This document shows positions 8,938 to 18,048 of a stretch of 64,000 nt of DNA, one piece after another. Each line of letters begins with the position of its first letter. Position 1 is the first letter of the stretch. Both the position numbers and the translations under genes were made by a program. This stretch comes from an uncultured Acetatifactor sp. (GTDB taxonomy: Bacteria; Bacillota; Clostridia; Lachnospirales; Lachnospiraceae): contig CANQUQ010000009.1 in the NCBI GenBank assembly GCA_947627115.1, forward strand, positions 14,829 through 78,828, written 5' to 3'. A model generated the notes under the pieces. It had not been told where the DNA came from. It made no database searches and saw only the letters and a list, made by a program, of their open reading frames with translations.

Positions 8938-10134
8938 ATGAGGAACAGAGTGATAGCCGCAGTATGCACCGGCCTGATGGCGGTGTGTCTGGGATGCGTG
9001 GCGTCAGATCCCAGGACGAAGACGGCGGATGAAAATACAGAAATCGTTCTGAACGGCGGTGTCCGGGAGTTCTTGGAACGGATGTGTGAAGAGGATGCAA
9101 AGTGGGAAACGGTGTGGCCGGTCGCCGTGGAGGCCACATCTGTCCTGGAGGACGCGGAAGCCCTGAATAGGGAGACGCAGGAGGAAAGCGAATACGCCGA
9201 CCTGGCCATTGCCAATGTAGACCATTACGTGAACGTGCGCACGGAGCCGAACACGGACAGCGCGGTGGTTGGGAAGATCTACGGCGGTGCCGTGGCGCAG
9301 ATACTGGCCGTGGCAGGAGAGGAGAACGACTGGTTCCGCGTAGTCTCCGGAAACGTGGAGGGCTATATCAAGTCAGAGTATTTTCTGTACGGAGATGCGG
9401 CGGTGGCCGTGATCGACAATTATGTGACCCGCTACGCCACCGTTCTTGCGGACAGGCTGAATGTACGTGAACAGCCTGACATAGAGGCGGCAAGGGTAGG
9501 CTATATCGACAGCGGAGAGCGTGTGAAGGTCCTGGCGGACCAGGGGGAATGGCTGCAGGTGCAGTACACGGATCGCAAGACAGGGTATGTGGCCGCTGAG
9601 TACGTGACCGTCTCCGATGAATTTATTTATGCAAAGACCCTGGAGGAGGAAGCAAAAGAGCTGGCGGAAAAGAAGGCTCTGGAGGAGCGGCAGCATGTGT
9701 CGGAGGAGCAGGCGGCCGAAAACACTGCGGTAACGGTGGCCCCGCCGGATACCTCCTATGCCTCCAGCGGAGAACTTCGCCAGCAGATCGTCGATTATTC
9801 CATGCAGTTTCTGGGAAATAAATATATACACGGAGGACAGACCCTGGAGGGAGGAACGGACTGTTCGGGATTTACCAGTCTGATCTACAGGGAGTTCGGG
9901 TATTCTCTTGGCAGAACGCCCGCAAGCCAACTCTCCGATGCGGGGCGGGGCATCGACTACAGCGAGGCCCAGCCGGGCGATATCATCTGCTACGGTTCCG
10001 GCAGTACGTGCACCCATGTGGCATTGTATATCGGTAACGGACAGATCATCCATTCGGCCAACCCAAGAAAGGGCGTTGTCGTCATGCAGGCCGATTACGA
10101 TACGATCATCGGCGTGAGGAATGTGATCGACTAG
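8938..10134 (+). CDS. Secreted SH3b-SH3b-NlpC/P60 peptidoglycan endopeptidase
   Basis: Signal peptide; two SH3b-like segments (VNVRTEP, LNVREQP); catalytic DCSGF, HVALYIG, IIHS. Confidence 0.9.
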   Translation: MRNRVIAAVCTGLMAVCLGCVASDPRTKTADENTEIVLNGGVREFLERMCEEDAKWETVWPVAVEATSVLEDAEALNRETQEESEYADLAIANVDHYVNVRTEPNTDSAVVGKIYGGAVAQILAVAGEENDWFRVVSGNVEGYIKSEYFLYGDAAVAVIDNYVTRYATVLADRLNVREQPDIEAARVGYIDSGERVKVLADQGEWLQVQYTDRKTGYVAAEYVTVSDEFIYAKTLEEEAKELAEKKALEERQHVSEEQAAENTAVTVAPPDTSYASSGELRQQIVDYSMQFLGNKYIHGGQTLEGGTDCSGFTSLIYREFGYSLGRTPASQLSDAGRGIDYSEAQPGDIICYGSGSTCTHVALYIGNGQIIHSANPRKGVVVMQADYDTIIGVRNVID

Positions 10135-11420
10135 CGTGAAAGAATATCCGACCGTGACAGGATCACATCGCCAAAGATATCCCTGCTCTCAGCCTGCAGA
10201 TCCGCCAGGTGGAGCGGGACAGCGCCCCAATTCCAGATACCGTGCCTGAGAGCCTGCTCTTCGGTGTAATCCTCAAGAGGATATACGCCCACCAGCCGCA
10301 GGGGACCGCTCTTATAATGACAGACCAGAGGCAGTACGCCGCTTTTCTCTTCCGAGATGTATACCTGGTCTTCCGTCACATGGAAGGTGACCCAGGCCAT
10401 TTCCTCCAGCATGCTGGCAGCCTGCTTCTGTGTGGAGACATAGTTGCCCAGGGAGTAATAGCACAGAGTCCTGTGGCCGTCCTCCGATGTGATCCATTCC
10501 ACAGGCTGCGGAACATGCGGATGAGTACCGATGATCAGGTCCGCTCCGGCGGATGCCATCTCTTCCGCGAACCTCTTCTGGATGTCGGAGGGCGTGAGGA
10601 CATATTCTGTTCCCCAGTGCGGGCAGACAATGACAATGTCCGCCTCGGTCTTCGCTCTCCGGATATCCTCGACCACCTGGGGATTCAGAGCGGTAAAGTC
10701 GATGGCGCCGGATCCTTCGCTGTAACTGCAGAGCATATTCAGATGGCCCATCAGCGATCTGTCCAGAGTCCCCATATTGGGGCCGTAGGTATAATTCAGA
10801 ACGGCGAACCGGATGCCTTCTACGGTCAGGATCGGAATTTCCTCCGACGGCTCGTCGGATATGCCTGTCACCAGGATGTCGGGATACTGTTCCCAGAAGG
10901 ACGTGCAGTTCAGGATCCCCTTCAGGCCCTGATCGGCAGCATGGTTCGTGGCGTGCAGCACCACATTGAAGCCTGCGGCAGCAATGGCGTCGCCGACCTG
11001 AGTGGGGGAGTTGAAGTGGGGAAATCCCGAAAAGCCGAGTTCGTTGCCGGCAAAAATAGTTTCCTGATTGATGATGCGTATATCCGCAGCCTGGATATAA
11101 TCGGTTATGTTTTCAAATAAAAAGGAGTAATCGTAAGTGCCGTCCTGCTGCCTTCCGGTGTTGACGATGCCCATGTGCAGGAGATCGTCCCCCAGCGCCA
11201 TCAGGGTGATGTCGTATTCCGCAAAGGGCTCCTCCGTGGGGACGGGAGTCGGTTCGGGAGTGGGCGCTGCGGTGGGCGCAGGCGGCTGCGGAGCAAGCGT
11301 CGAAAGAACGGCGGCGGGCCTGGGATCCGCGCCTGACGCGCAGCCGCAGACGGCCGGGCACAGCAGAGTGAAGGACAGCAGTATGGACAGCAGCCGGCAT
11401 CCCATTTTTGCTCGTCTCAT
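10131..11420 (-). CDS. CapA/PgsA-family metallophosphoesterase-fold protein, exported, with Pro/Thr linker
   Basis: GDDLLH, NQE, ATNHAAD, HWGTEY, IGTHPHV, YSLGNY; signal peptide followed by PTAAPTPEPTP. Confidence 0.85.
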   Translation of the reverse strand: MRRAKMGCRLLSILLSFTLLCPAVCGCASGADPRPAAVLSTLAPQPPAPTAAPTPEPTPVPTEEPFAEYDITLMALGDDLLHMGIVNTGRQQDGTYDYSFLFENITDYIQAADIRIINQETIFAGNELGFSGFPHFNSPTQVGDAIAAAGFNVVLHATNHAADQGLKGILNCTSFWEQYPDILVTGISDEPSEEIPILTVEGIRFAVLNYTYGPNMGTLDRSLMGHLNMLCSYSEGSGAIDFTALNPQVVEDIRRAKTEADIVIVCPHWGTEYVLTPSDIQKRFAEEMASAGADLIIGTHPHVPQPVEWITSEDGHRTLCYYSLGNYVSTQKQAASMLEEMAWVTFHVTEDQVYISEEKSGVLPLVCHYKSGPLRLVGVYPLEDYTEEQALRHGIWNWGAVPLHLADLQAESRDIFGDVILSRSDILSR

Positions 11421-11564
11421 AGATTTCTCCTTTCAAATGCAGAACGGAAATAATTGTAATTATCATAACCCATTTTGTTTATTTGTCAACTTGTGGTTTT
11501 AGAAGGAATCTATTATAATGGTGTCATAGGTGTTGGCGGCAAGGTCAACGAGATGGAGGAGAGC

Positions 11565-13520
11565 ATGACAGATAAGAATCGGCAGAAAAGACCCTATCCG
11601 TTGGGAGCTCATGTGGAGGAGGACGGTATTCGTTTTGCCTTTGTTTCCAAAAAGATGTGCTGCGGCGTTCTGCTGTTCGACAGAAGGACGGGAAAAAAGA
11701 TCGGGACGGTCCCGTTCTCCGACGAGGACCGCGTGGGGAACATATACTGTAAGACGCTGAGCGACCTGGATGCCTCCCGGATCACATACCAGTTCTATGA
11801 GGAGGACAGGATCGTTCCGGACCGTCGTGCCAGGGTCTTTCCGGGAAAGGTCAAATACGGGAAGGAGAGACCGTGGGCGCAGATGCGTGCGGGCTTTCTG
11901 ACCGGGAGCTTTGACTGGGGCCAGGATAAATTTCCCAGGATCCCCTATGACCGGATGCTGGGTTATTGTATGCATGTGAGAGGCTTTACCAGGCATATCT
12001 CGTCCAACGTGAAGAACCGGGGCACCTTTGCGGGAATCGCGGAGAAGATCCCGTATTTAAAGGAGATCGGTGTGACGACGCTGGAGCTGCAGCCGGCCTA
12101 TGAGTTCACCGAGATGGCCGCCGACGAGGAACTGCTTCAGGATCGGCCCGGCGCAGCCGCCGTTGAGGATGTCAGAGGCCTGGGCGGGAAAAAGCTGAAT
12201 TACTGGGGCTATAAAAAGGGCTATTATTATGCGCCGAAGGCTGCTTATGCGGCCTCGGAGGACCCGACGGTGGAATTTAAGGCTCTGGTGAAGGCGCTTC
12301 ACGAGAACGGCATGGAGCTGATCATGCAGCTGTATTTTCCCAGGGACGTAAAAAGAAATGAGATTGCCGAGATAGTGCGCTTTTGGGTCCTGGAGTATCA
12401 TGTGGACGGTTTTCATCTGCTGGGCGAGGACATGCCCGCGGAGCTTCTGGCCGCGGACGAGGCGCTTGCGGATACAAAGCTGTGGTACTATCATTTTGAC
12501 ACGGACCATATATATGAGAGAGATGAACAGCCTCGCTATCCCCATGTGGCGGAGTACAACGATGCATGGTACTATGACATGCGGAGATTCCTGAAGGGGG
12601 ACGAGGGAATGCTGAACAGCGTGCTCTATCACATGCGCCACATTCCTGAAAAGGCCGGCAGTATTCATTACCTGACAAATTATTTCGGCTTCACCCTGGC
12701 GGATCTGGTGGCCTACGACTATAAGCACAACGAGGCGAACGGCGAGGACAACCGGGACGGGAATGACAGCAACTGCAGCTGGAACTGCGGAGAGGAGGGC
12801 CCTTCCCGCAGACAGAAGGTGAAGCAGCTCAGGACGAAACAGATCAAGAATGCGATGTGCCTTCTGCTGTTGTCCCAGTCGACGCCCCTGATCTTCATGG
12901 GCGATGAGTTCGGCAATACTCAGAGGGGAAACAATAATCCGTACTGTCAGGACAATTCCGTCACCTGGCTGGATTGGAACGCCGTGACCAAAAATGCCGA
13001 GCTGTTGGATTTCTGGAAACAGCTGGTACATTTTCGCCGGGAGCATCCGATCCTTCACCCTCGGAGGGAGTTAAAGCTGATGGACTATATGGCGTGCGGT
13101 TACCCCGATCTGTCCTACCACGGACAGAGTGCCTGGAGGCCTCAGACCGAGAGCTATTTCCGGTACATCGGTATTTTGCTCTGCGGCAGATACGCAGAGA
13201 CGGAGAACGGGGAGGACACCTTTTTATATCTCGCAGTGAACATGCATTGGGAAGACCATGAGCTGGCGCTGCCAAGACCGCCGAAAGGAATGGTGTGGAG
13301 GCAAGTGCTCTCCACGGCCCCGGATCAGAGCGAGCCGAAATGTGAACCGGACGACGGGAGCAACGATGCCTTCCGCAGGATCCCGTGCAGGAGCATCAGC
13401 GTGTATGTCAGCGCCCCGGCGGAGGAGAAGAGGACCGCGAAGAGAACAGAGGGAAAGGCGGCGCCCGCCGGGAACGAACGGACGGGGCAGGCGCCAAATG
13501 ATCGGGATGTGAGCAGATAA
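11565..13520 (+). CDS. GlgX/isoamylase-like GH13 protein lacking catalytic residues (probable pseudo-enzyme)
   Basis: GlgX hallmarks present (YPLGA, NYWGY, KHNEANGEDNRDG, SWNCGEEG, MGDEFG, GNNNPYCQDN); catalytic regions read DGFHLL, KLWYY, TNYFGFTL. Confidence 0.85.
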   Translation: MTDKNRQKRPYPLGAHVEEDGIRFAFVSKKMCCGVLLFDRRTGKKIGTVPFSDEDRVGNIYCKTLSDLDASRITYQFYEEDRIVPDRRARVFPGKVKYGKERPWAQMRAGFLTGSFDWGQDKFPRIPYDRMLGYCMHVRGFTRHISSNVKNRGTFAGIAEKIPYLKEIGVTTLELQPAYEFTEMAADEELLQDRPGAAAVEDVRGLGGKKLNYWGYKKGYYYAPKAAYAASEDPTVEFKALVKALHENGMELIMQLYFPRDVKRNEIAEIVRFWVLEYHVDGFHLLGEDMPAELLAADEALADTKLWYYHFDTDHIYERDEQPRYPHVAEYNDAWYYDMRRFLKGDEGMLNSVLYHMRHIPEKAGSIHYLTNYFGFTLADLVAYDYKHNEANGEDNRDGNDSNCSWNCGEEGPSRRQKVKQLRTKQIKNAMCLLLLSQSTPLIFMGDEFGNTQRGNNNPYCQDNSVTWLDWNAVTKNAELLDFWKQLVHFRREHPILHPRRELKLMDYMACGYPDLSYHGQSAWRPQTESYFRYIGILLCGRYAETENGEDTFLYLAVNMHWEDHELALPRPPKGMVWRQVLSTAPDQSEPKCEPDDGSNDAFRRIPCRSISVYVSAPAEEKRTAKRTEGKAAPAGNERTGQAPNDRDVSR

Positions 13521-14077
13521 TGGGCAAGGCCTGGAATCATTTTAAAACGGTAACTTATCATAAATATCTGGTGGCAAAGGGATGCTTCCGCGTGGGCCTG
13601 TACAGACAGGGGCTCCTGCACGATCTGTCCAAATACAGCCCTTCGGAATTTATTGCAGGGGCCAGATATTATCAGGGCGACAGGAGCCCGAACAACGCCG
13701 AGCGGGAAGACAAGGGCTATTCCGCGGCGTGGATGCATCACAAGGGCAGAAATCGGCACCACTATGAGTACTGGGTCGATTACAGTCTGAAGGATGAGCC
13801 CGGAATCATGGCGCCGGTGCCGATGCCGGACCGCTATATTGCGGAGATGGTCATGGACCGCATCGCCGCGAGCAAGGTCTATGAGGGCAGGGCATATACG
13901 GATGCTTCGCCGCTCCGGTATTACTACAGGGGCACCGACAGGGCGCCGATGCATCCGGACACCAGAAAAAAGCTGGAGAGGATCCTGAGGATGCTGGCCG
14001 AAAAAGGGGAAGAGGAAACATTTGCCTATATCCGGCGGGCGCTTGTCAGGGGGAAACGGTCTCCAAAGAAAAAATAG
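13520..14077 (+). CDS. DUF5662-like HD-type protein
   Basis: HK...LHDLSKYSPSEF...AWMHHKGRNRHH; start overlaps the upstream stop (TAATG). Confidence 0.7.
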   Translation: MGKAWNHFKTVTYHKYLVAKGCFRVGLYRQGLLHDLSKYSPSEFIAGARYYQGDRSPNNAEREDKGYSAAWMHHKGRNRHHYEYWVDYSLKDEPGIMAPVPMPDRYIAEMVMDRIAASKVYEGRAYTDASPLRYYYRGTDRAPMHPDTRKKLERILRMLAEKGEEETFAYIRRALVRGKRSPKKK

Positions 14078-14084
14078 TACCTGC

Positions 14085-14112
14085 ACACCGGGGGAACGGA
14101 CTGCATATGATA
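14085..14112 (+). promoter_or_regulatory. Putative sigmaK (late mother-cell) promoter
   Basis: ACA(14085-87)-16 nt-CATATGATA(14104-12) matches AC[AC]-N16-CATAnnnT. Confidence 0.6.
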
Positions 14113-14139
14113 CCTTAAAAATATAGTACGGTGGATCAT

Positions 14140-14472
14140 ATGAACTGTATTCTCCTATTACTTCTTCTGGGATGCTGCGGCGGCTCCGACAACGGCGGCT
14201 CCGGCTGCGGGTGCGGCAGCAGCAGATTTTCTGCGGACAACGGCTGCGGTGCGGTGAGCGCGCGGAACGACAGCTGCGGCTGTGACAATGTTTCGACGAG
14301 GAATAATGACTGTGGATGTCAGGGGAGCCCCGCGCCGGTAAATACAGGCTGCGGATGCGGTCAGGACGGTCAGTCCGGAAACGGCTGCGATAATGTCGGA
14401 CAGAACCCTCCCGGCTGGCAGACCTTTCCTGAGCTTTCGCGCAGAGACAATGACTGCGGCTGCAGCAATTGA
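14140..14472 (+). CDS. Small Cys/Gly/Asn/Asp-rich protein, candidate spore coat/exosporium protein
   Basis: 110 aa, 15 Cys, five CGC motifs; alternative GTG start at 14131. Confidence 0.65.
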   Translation: MNCILLLLLLGCCGGSDNGGSGCGCGSSRFSADNGCGAVSARNDSCGCDNVSTRNNDCGCQGSPAPVNTGCGCGQDGQSGNGCDNVGQNPPGWQTFPELSRRDNDCGCSN

Positions 14473-14579
14473 GGAAAACGGCATAAGGAAGGATAAGCGG
14501 ACGGTCCCTATGAAGGTTGACCGTCCATTTTATTTGTGATATATTTATAGGTGCAGTAAAAGCAGTAAGGAGGCTCCCT

Positions 14580-15644
14580 ATGGCGGCGTCGAAGGCAAAG
14601 GAAAAATATGTGGCATATGTGTCCACCTACACCCAGGGGGACAATCACGGGATAAAAATATATGATGTGGATCTAGAGCGGGGGCGTTTTACTGAAAAGG
14701 ATCAGGTGGAGATCACGAACTCCTCGTATGTGTCGATATCTCACAACAGAAGGTTCCTGTATTCCATCACGGATTTCGGCGTGGAATCCTACCGCGTACT
14801 GAAGGACGGAAATCTGGAGATGATCAATTTTGCGCCGATCAACGGTATGAGAGGCTGCTATCTGTCCACAGATTACACGGACAGTTATCTGTTCGTGGCA
14901 GGCTACCATGACGGCAAGCTCACGGTGCTTCGTCTGCGGGAGGACGGATCCGTGGGGGAGATCACCGACGAGATATTCCACAAGGGCCTGGGGACGGTGG
15001 CGGAGAGAAATTCACGGCCTCATATCAACTGTGCGAGAATAACGCACGACAATAAATATCTGTTGGTGGCGGATCAGGGAATGGACCATGTCAACGTGTA
15101 CCGGTTCGATGTGTCCCAGGGAAAGGTGGCGCTGGCGGATGTGATCCGAAGCGAGCTTGATTCGGCGCCCAGGCATGTGAAAATGTCCAGAGACGGAAGA
15201 TTTATCTATATCATTCACGAGTGGAAGTGTTATGTGGATGTGTACTCCTACGAGGAGAAGAACGGACAGCCTGTGTTTGAAAAGATCCAGACCGTGGACA
15301 CCGTGAAGCGCGAGAAGGGAAGCTCCTGTGCGGCGAGCGCCCTGACCTTCTCCGATGATTATAAGTATCTGCTCTGCACCAGCGCGGGCGACAATTCTGC
15401 GACTCTTTACAGTGTGGATCAGGAGACGGGAATGCTGAGCAGGATCTTCTGCCTGCCCGTCAGCGGGGAATACCCTAAGGACGCAAGCCTGTTCCCCAAC
15501 AATAAGTTCCTGGTCTCGCTGAACCACGAGTCCAATGATATGACGTTCTTTAAGGTGGACATAGAGAATGGCACGATGATCATGAACGGCCCGCCCGTCA
15601 AGGTGGATGTGCCGAACTGTATTATCATCCACAAGGTGTCGTAG
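14580..15644 (+). CDS. Lactonase family beta-propeller (6-phosphogluconolactonase-like)
   Basis: YVSTYT, VAGYHDG, RPHINC, SAPRHV, YPKDASL; AGGAGG RBS. Confidence 0.85.
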   Translation: MAASKAKEKYVAYVSTYTQGDNHGIKIYDVDLERGRFTEKDQVEITNSSYVSISHNRRFLYSITDFGVESYRVLKDGNLEMINFAPINGMRGCYLSTDYTDSYLFVAGYHDGKLTVLRLREDGSVGEITDEIFHKGLGTVAERNSRPHINCARITHDNKYLLVADQGMDHVNVYRFDVSQGKVALADVIRSELDSAPRHVKMSRDGRFIYIIHEWKCYVDVYSYEEKNGQPVFEKIQTVDTVKREKGSSCAASALTFSDDYKYLLCTSAGDNSATLYSVDQETGMLSRIFCLPVSGEYPKDASLFPNNKFLVSLNHESNDMTFFKVDIENGTMIMNGPPVKVDVPNCIIIHKVS

Positions 15645-15677
15645 AGAAAGGACATTGCGGTAGATATGCGGAAATAT

Positions 15678-15714
15678 AAAAGCTCCTGGGGATTCAGTCC
15701 CTCAGGAGCTTTTT
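15678..15714. terminator. Bidirectional intrinsic terminator between lactonase and aroC
   Basis: aaaagctcctg...caggagctttt inverted repeat; overlaps the aroC stop. Confidence 0.75.
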
Positions 15715-16809
15715 GCCGTAAAAATTTTCCAGGGAGTCCATCCGGGCCGACATGTTCACCATCATGGCGTCCAATACGGTCAGCGCCGTCATACATTCCA
15801 TGACGACCGCAGCCCTGGGTACGATGACCGGGTCATGGCGCCCCTTGATGTTGATGCGGATGCTCTGCCCCTGGCGGTCCACTGTCTGTTGGGTCAGATA
15901 GATGGAGGGGGTGGGCTTCACATATGCGCGCACCAGAACGGTGTCGCCGTCGCTGATGCCGCCCAGAATGCCGCCCGCGTGATTGCTGGTCTTGGTGATG
16001 CGGCCGTCCTTGGCGCAGAAGCCGTCGTTGTTCTCGCTTCCCTTTCGGGCGGAGACCTGCGTGCCGTCGCCGATTTCCACCGCTTTCACGGCACCGATGG
16101 ACATGATCGCCTTCGCCAGGCCGGCATCCAGCTTCTCAAATACGGGGTCGCCTATCCCTGCGGGAAGGCCCTCCACGATACATTCCATACAGCCGCCCAC
16201 GGAATCGGTGCTGTGCCTGATCTCCTCCAAATATTTTACCGCGGCCTCATTGGCCGCCCTGTCAGGCATGGCGGTGGGAGTGGAGAGGACCGCATCCCGG
16301 TCAAAGCGGCTCATGTCCGCCTCCACGGGACCGATGGAGCGGGTGTACGCCAGTATCTCCACACCGATCTGCTTCAGTATTTTTAAGGCCACGGCACCTG
16401 CGGCCACACGGCCGACGGTCTCCCTGCCGGAGGAACGTCCGCCGCCCCGGTAGTCGCGGAAGCCGTATTTTTGGTCAAAGGTGTAATCCGCATGTCCCGG
16501 ACGGTAATATGAGGCGATCTCGCTGTAGTCCTTGGATATCTGAGAGGTGTTGCGCACGATCATTGAAATAGGAGTGCCGGTGGTGCGCCCTTCGAATACG
16601 CCGGAAAGGATCTCTACGCTGTCATCTTCCTTTCGGGGAGTGGTGACGGAGCTCGTTCCGGGCTTGCGCCTGTCCAGATACTTCTGAATGTCGGATTCCT
16701 CCAGAGGAAGTCCGGCGGGGCATCCGTCGATGACGACGCCAAGCGCTTTTCCGTGGGATTCGCCCCAAGTCGTTATTTTAAAAATTGTTCCCAAGGTAGA
16801 ACCGGCCAT
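15694..16809 (-). CDS. aroC: Chorismate synthase
   Basis: TTWGESHG, RPGHAD, GGGRSSGRET, SNHAGGILGGIS, KPTPSI, GRHDP. Confidence 0.97.
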   Translation of the reverse strand: MAGSTLGTIFKITTWGESHGKALGVVIDGCPAGLPLEESDIQKYLDRRKPGTSSVTTPRKEDDSVEILSGVFEGRTTGTPISMIVRNTSQISKDYSEIASYYRPGHADYTFDQKYGFRDYRGGGRSSGRETVGRVAAGAVALKILKQIGVEILAYTRSIGPVEADMSRFDRDAVLSTPTAMPDRAANEAAVKYLEEIRHSTDSVGGCMECIVEGLPAGIGDPVFEKLDAGLAKAIMSIGAVKAVEIGDGTQVSARKGSENNDGFCAKDGRITKTSNHAGGILGGISDGDTVLVRAYVKPTPSIYLTQQTVDRQGQSIRINIKGRHDPVIVPRAAVVMECMTALTVLDAMMVNMSARMDSLENFYGKKLLRD

Positions 16810-16985
16810 ATTTTTTCCTCCAGCGGTTGATTTGTTCTATTATATCGAATCATATGAAAAAACGCAAATTTTTTCAAAAAAGGAGTGCACATTTTAAGAA
16901 AGTGTGGTATGTTGTAATTGATAACTATGGTTTTTTTCAAAAGAAATAAAGTGAAATACAAATTTCAGGACTGGTCGGAATATAG

Positions 16986-18044
16986 ATGAGATTGTCGTTG
17001 GAGGAGCGTTTTCGGAAGAAGATGCTCAAATTCGGTAAAAAAAATAAAATATGTCGATTTGCGGTCATCCCTGTGATCGCCGTGGGAATGTTCTGGTTCC
17101 ACAGTGCTGCATGCCTGAAGGGAAATGCCAAGCGGCTTGCGGTCCTGGCCATGACGTTCCTTCTCTTTGTGGTCTACAGCAGTTTTTCCTTTCCCATTTT
17201 CATAATGGGGGACGGCGCGGACAACGGGCTGAATCCGGTGTCGGATGAGGCGCAGGATGTCATGCTGGCGCAGGAGGCGGAAATCGACCTGAGCGATATT
17301 GAGCTGCTGGACGATGAGGATGTTCGCATGGAGGGCGACGAGTATATGGATGACCTTCACGGCGATATCGGCGAGCTGTACAGCGCCTCCGAGATCCTGG
17401 AGGCGTCCCGGAGACGCGGGCCCCAGGAAGCGGAGCAGGACACAGAGGATGCCTCGGATGCGTCATTTTCAAAAGATGACTGGCGGCTGGTGCTCATCAA
17501 TAAACAGCACTCCATTCCCGACGATTATGTTTTCAGCCTTGGCGTGATCAATACCATGAAGGGGCCGATGTACTGCGACGAGCGGATTATTGACGATCTG
17601 GGCAGTATGCTGCAGGCGGCCAAGGAGGACGGGATCTCTCTTGGAATTTGTTCTCCCTATCGGGATCAGGCATATCAGGAAAAACTGTTCGCCCGCAAGA
17701 TCAAGCTGTACATGAGCCGCGGTCTGTCCTATATGGAAGCGTATCAGCTGGGCAGTCAGGCCGTGACGGTCCCCGGAGCCAGCGAGCATCAGATCGGACT
17801 GGCCCTGGATATTGTGACGCTCTCCCATCAGTCGCTGGACGAGGCCTTCGGAGAGACGCCGGGGGGCATCTGGCTTGCGGAGAACAGCTACAAGTACGGT
17901 TTTATTCTTCGTTATCCCAAAGGAAAAGAGTACATAACGGGCATAGAGTATGAGCCCTGGCATTTCCGCTATGTGGGCGTGGAAGCGGCCACCGTGATCA
18001 CGGAACAGGGAATCACCCTTGAGGAGTTCTGGGAGGATCTGTAA
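16986..18044 (+). CDS. Membrane-anchored M15B zinc carboxypeptidase (VanY/LdcB-like)
   Basis: N-terminal TM segments; SPYR, SEHQIGLALD, GFILRYP, YEPWHFRYVG; start codon uncertain. Confidence 0.85.
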   Translation: MRLSLEERFRKKMLKFGKKNKICRFAVIPVIAVGMFWFHSAACLKGNAKRLAVLAMTFLLFVVYSSFSFPIFIMGDGADNGLNPVSDEAQDVMLAQEAEIDLSDIELLDDEDVRMEGDEYMDDLHGDIGELYSASEILEASRRRGPQEAEQDTEDASDASFSKDDWRLVLINKQHSIPDDYVFSLGVINTMKGPMYCDERIIDDLGSMLQAAKEDGISLGICSPYRDQAYQEKLFARKIKLYMSRGLSYMEAYQLGSQAVTVPGASEHQIGLALDIVTLSHQSLDEAFGETPGGIWLAENSYKYGFILRYPKGKEYITGIEYEPWHFRYVGVEAATVITEQGITLEEFWEDL

Positions 18045-18048
18045 GTAT

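Noticed and set aside
14140-14472. RiPP (ranthipeptide/sactipeptide) precursor
   Set aside because: No radical SAM enzyme, peptidase or exporter is adjacent, and the sigmaK-like promoter favours a spore protein.
16986-18044. vanY as evidence of glycopeptide resistance
   Set aside because: No vanA/B/G ligase, vanH/X or vanRS is nearby; housekeeping M15B peptidases are common.
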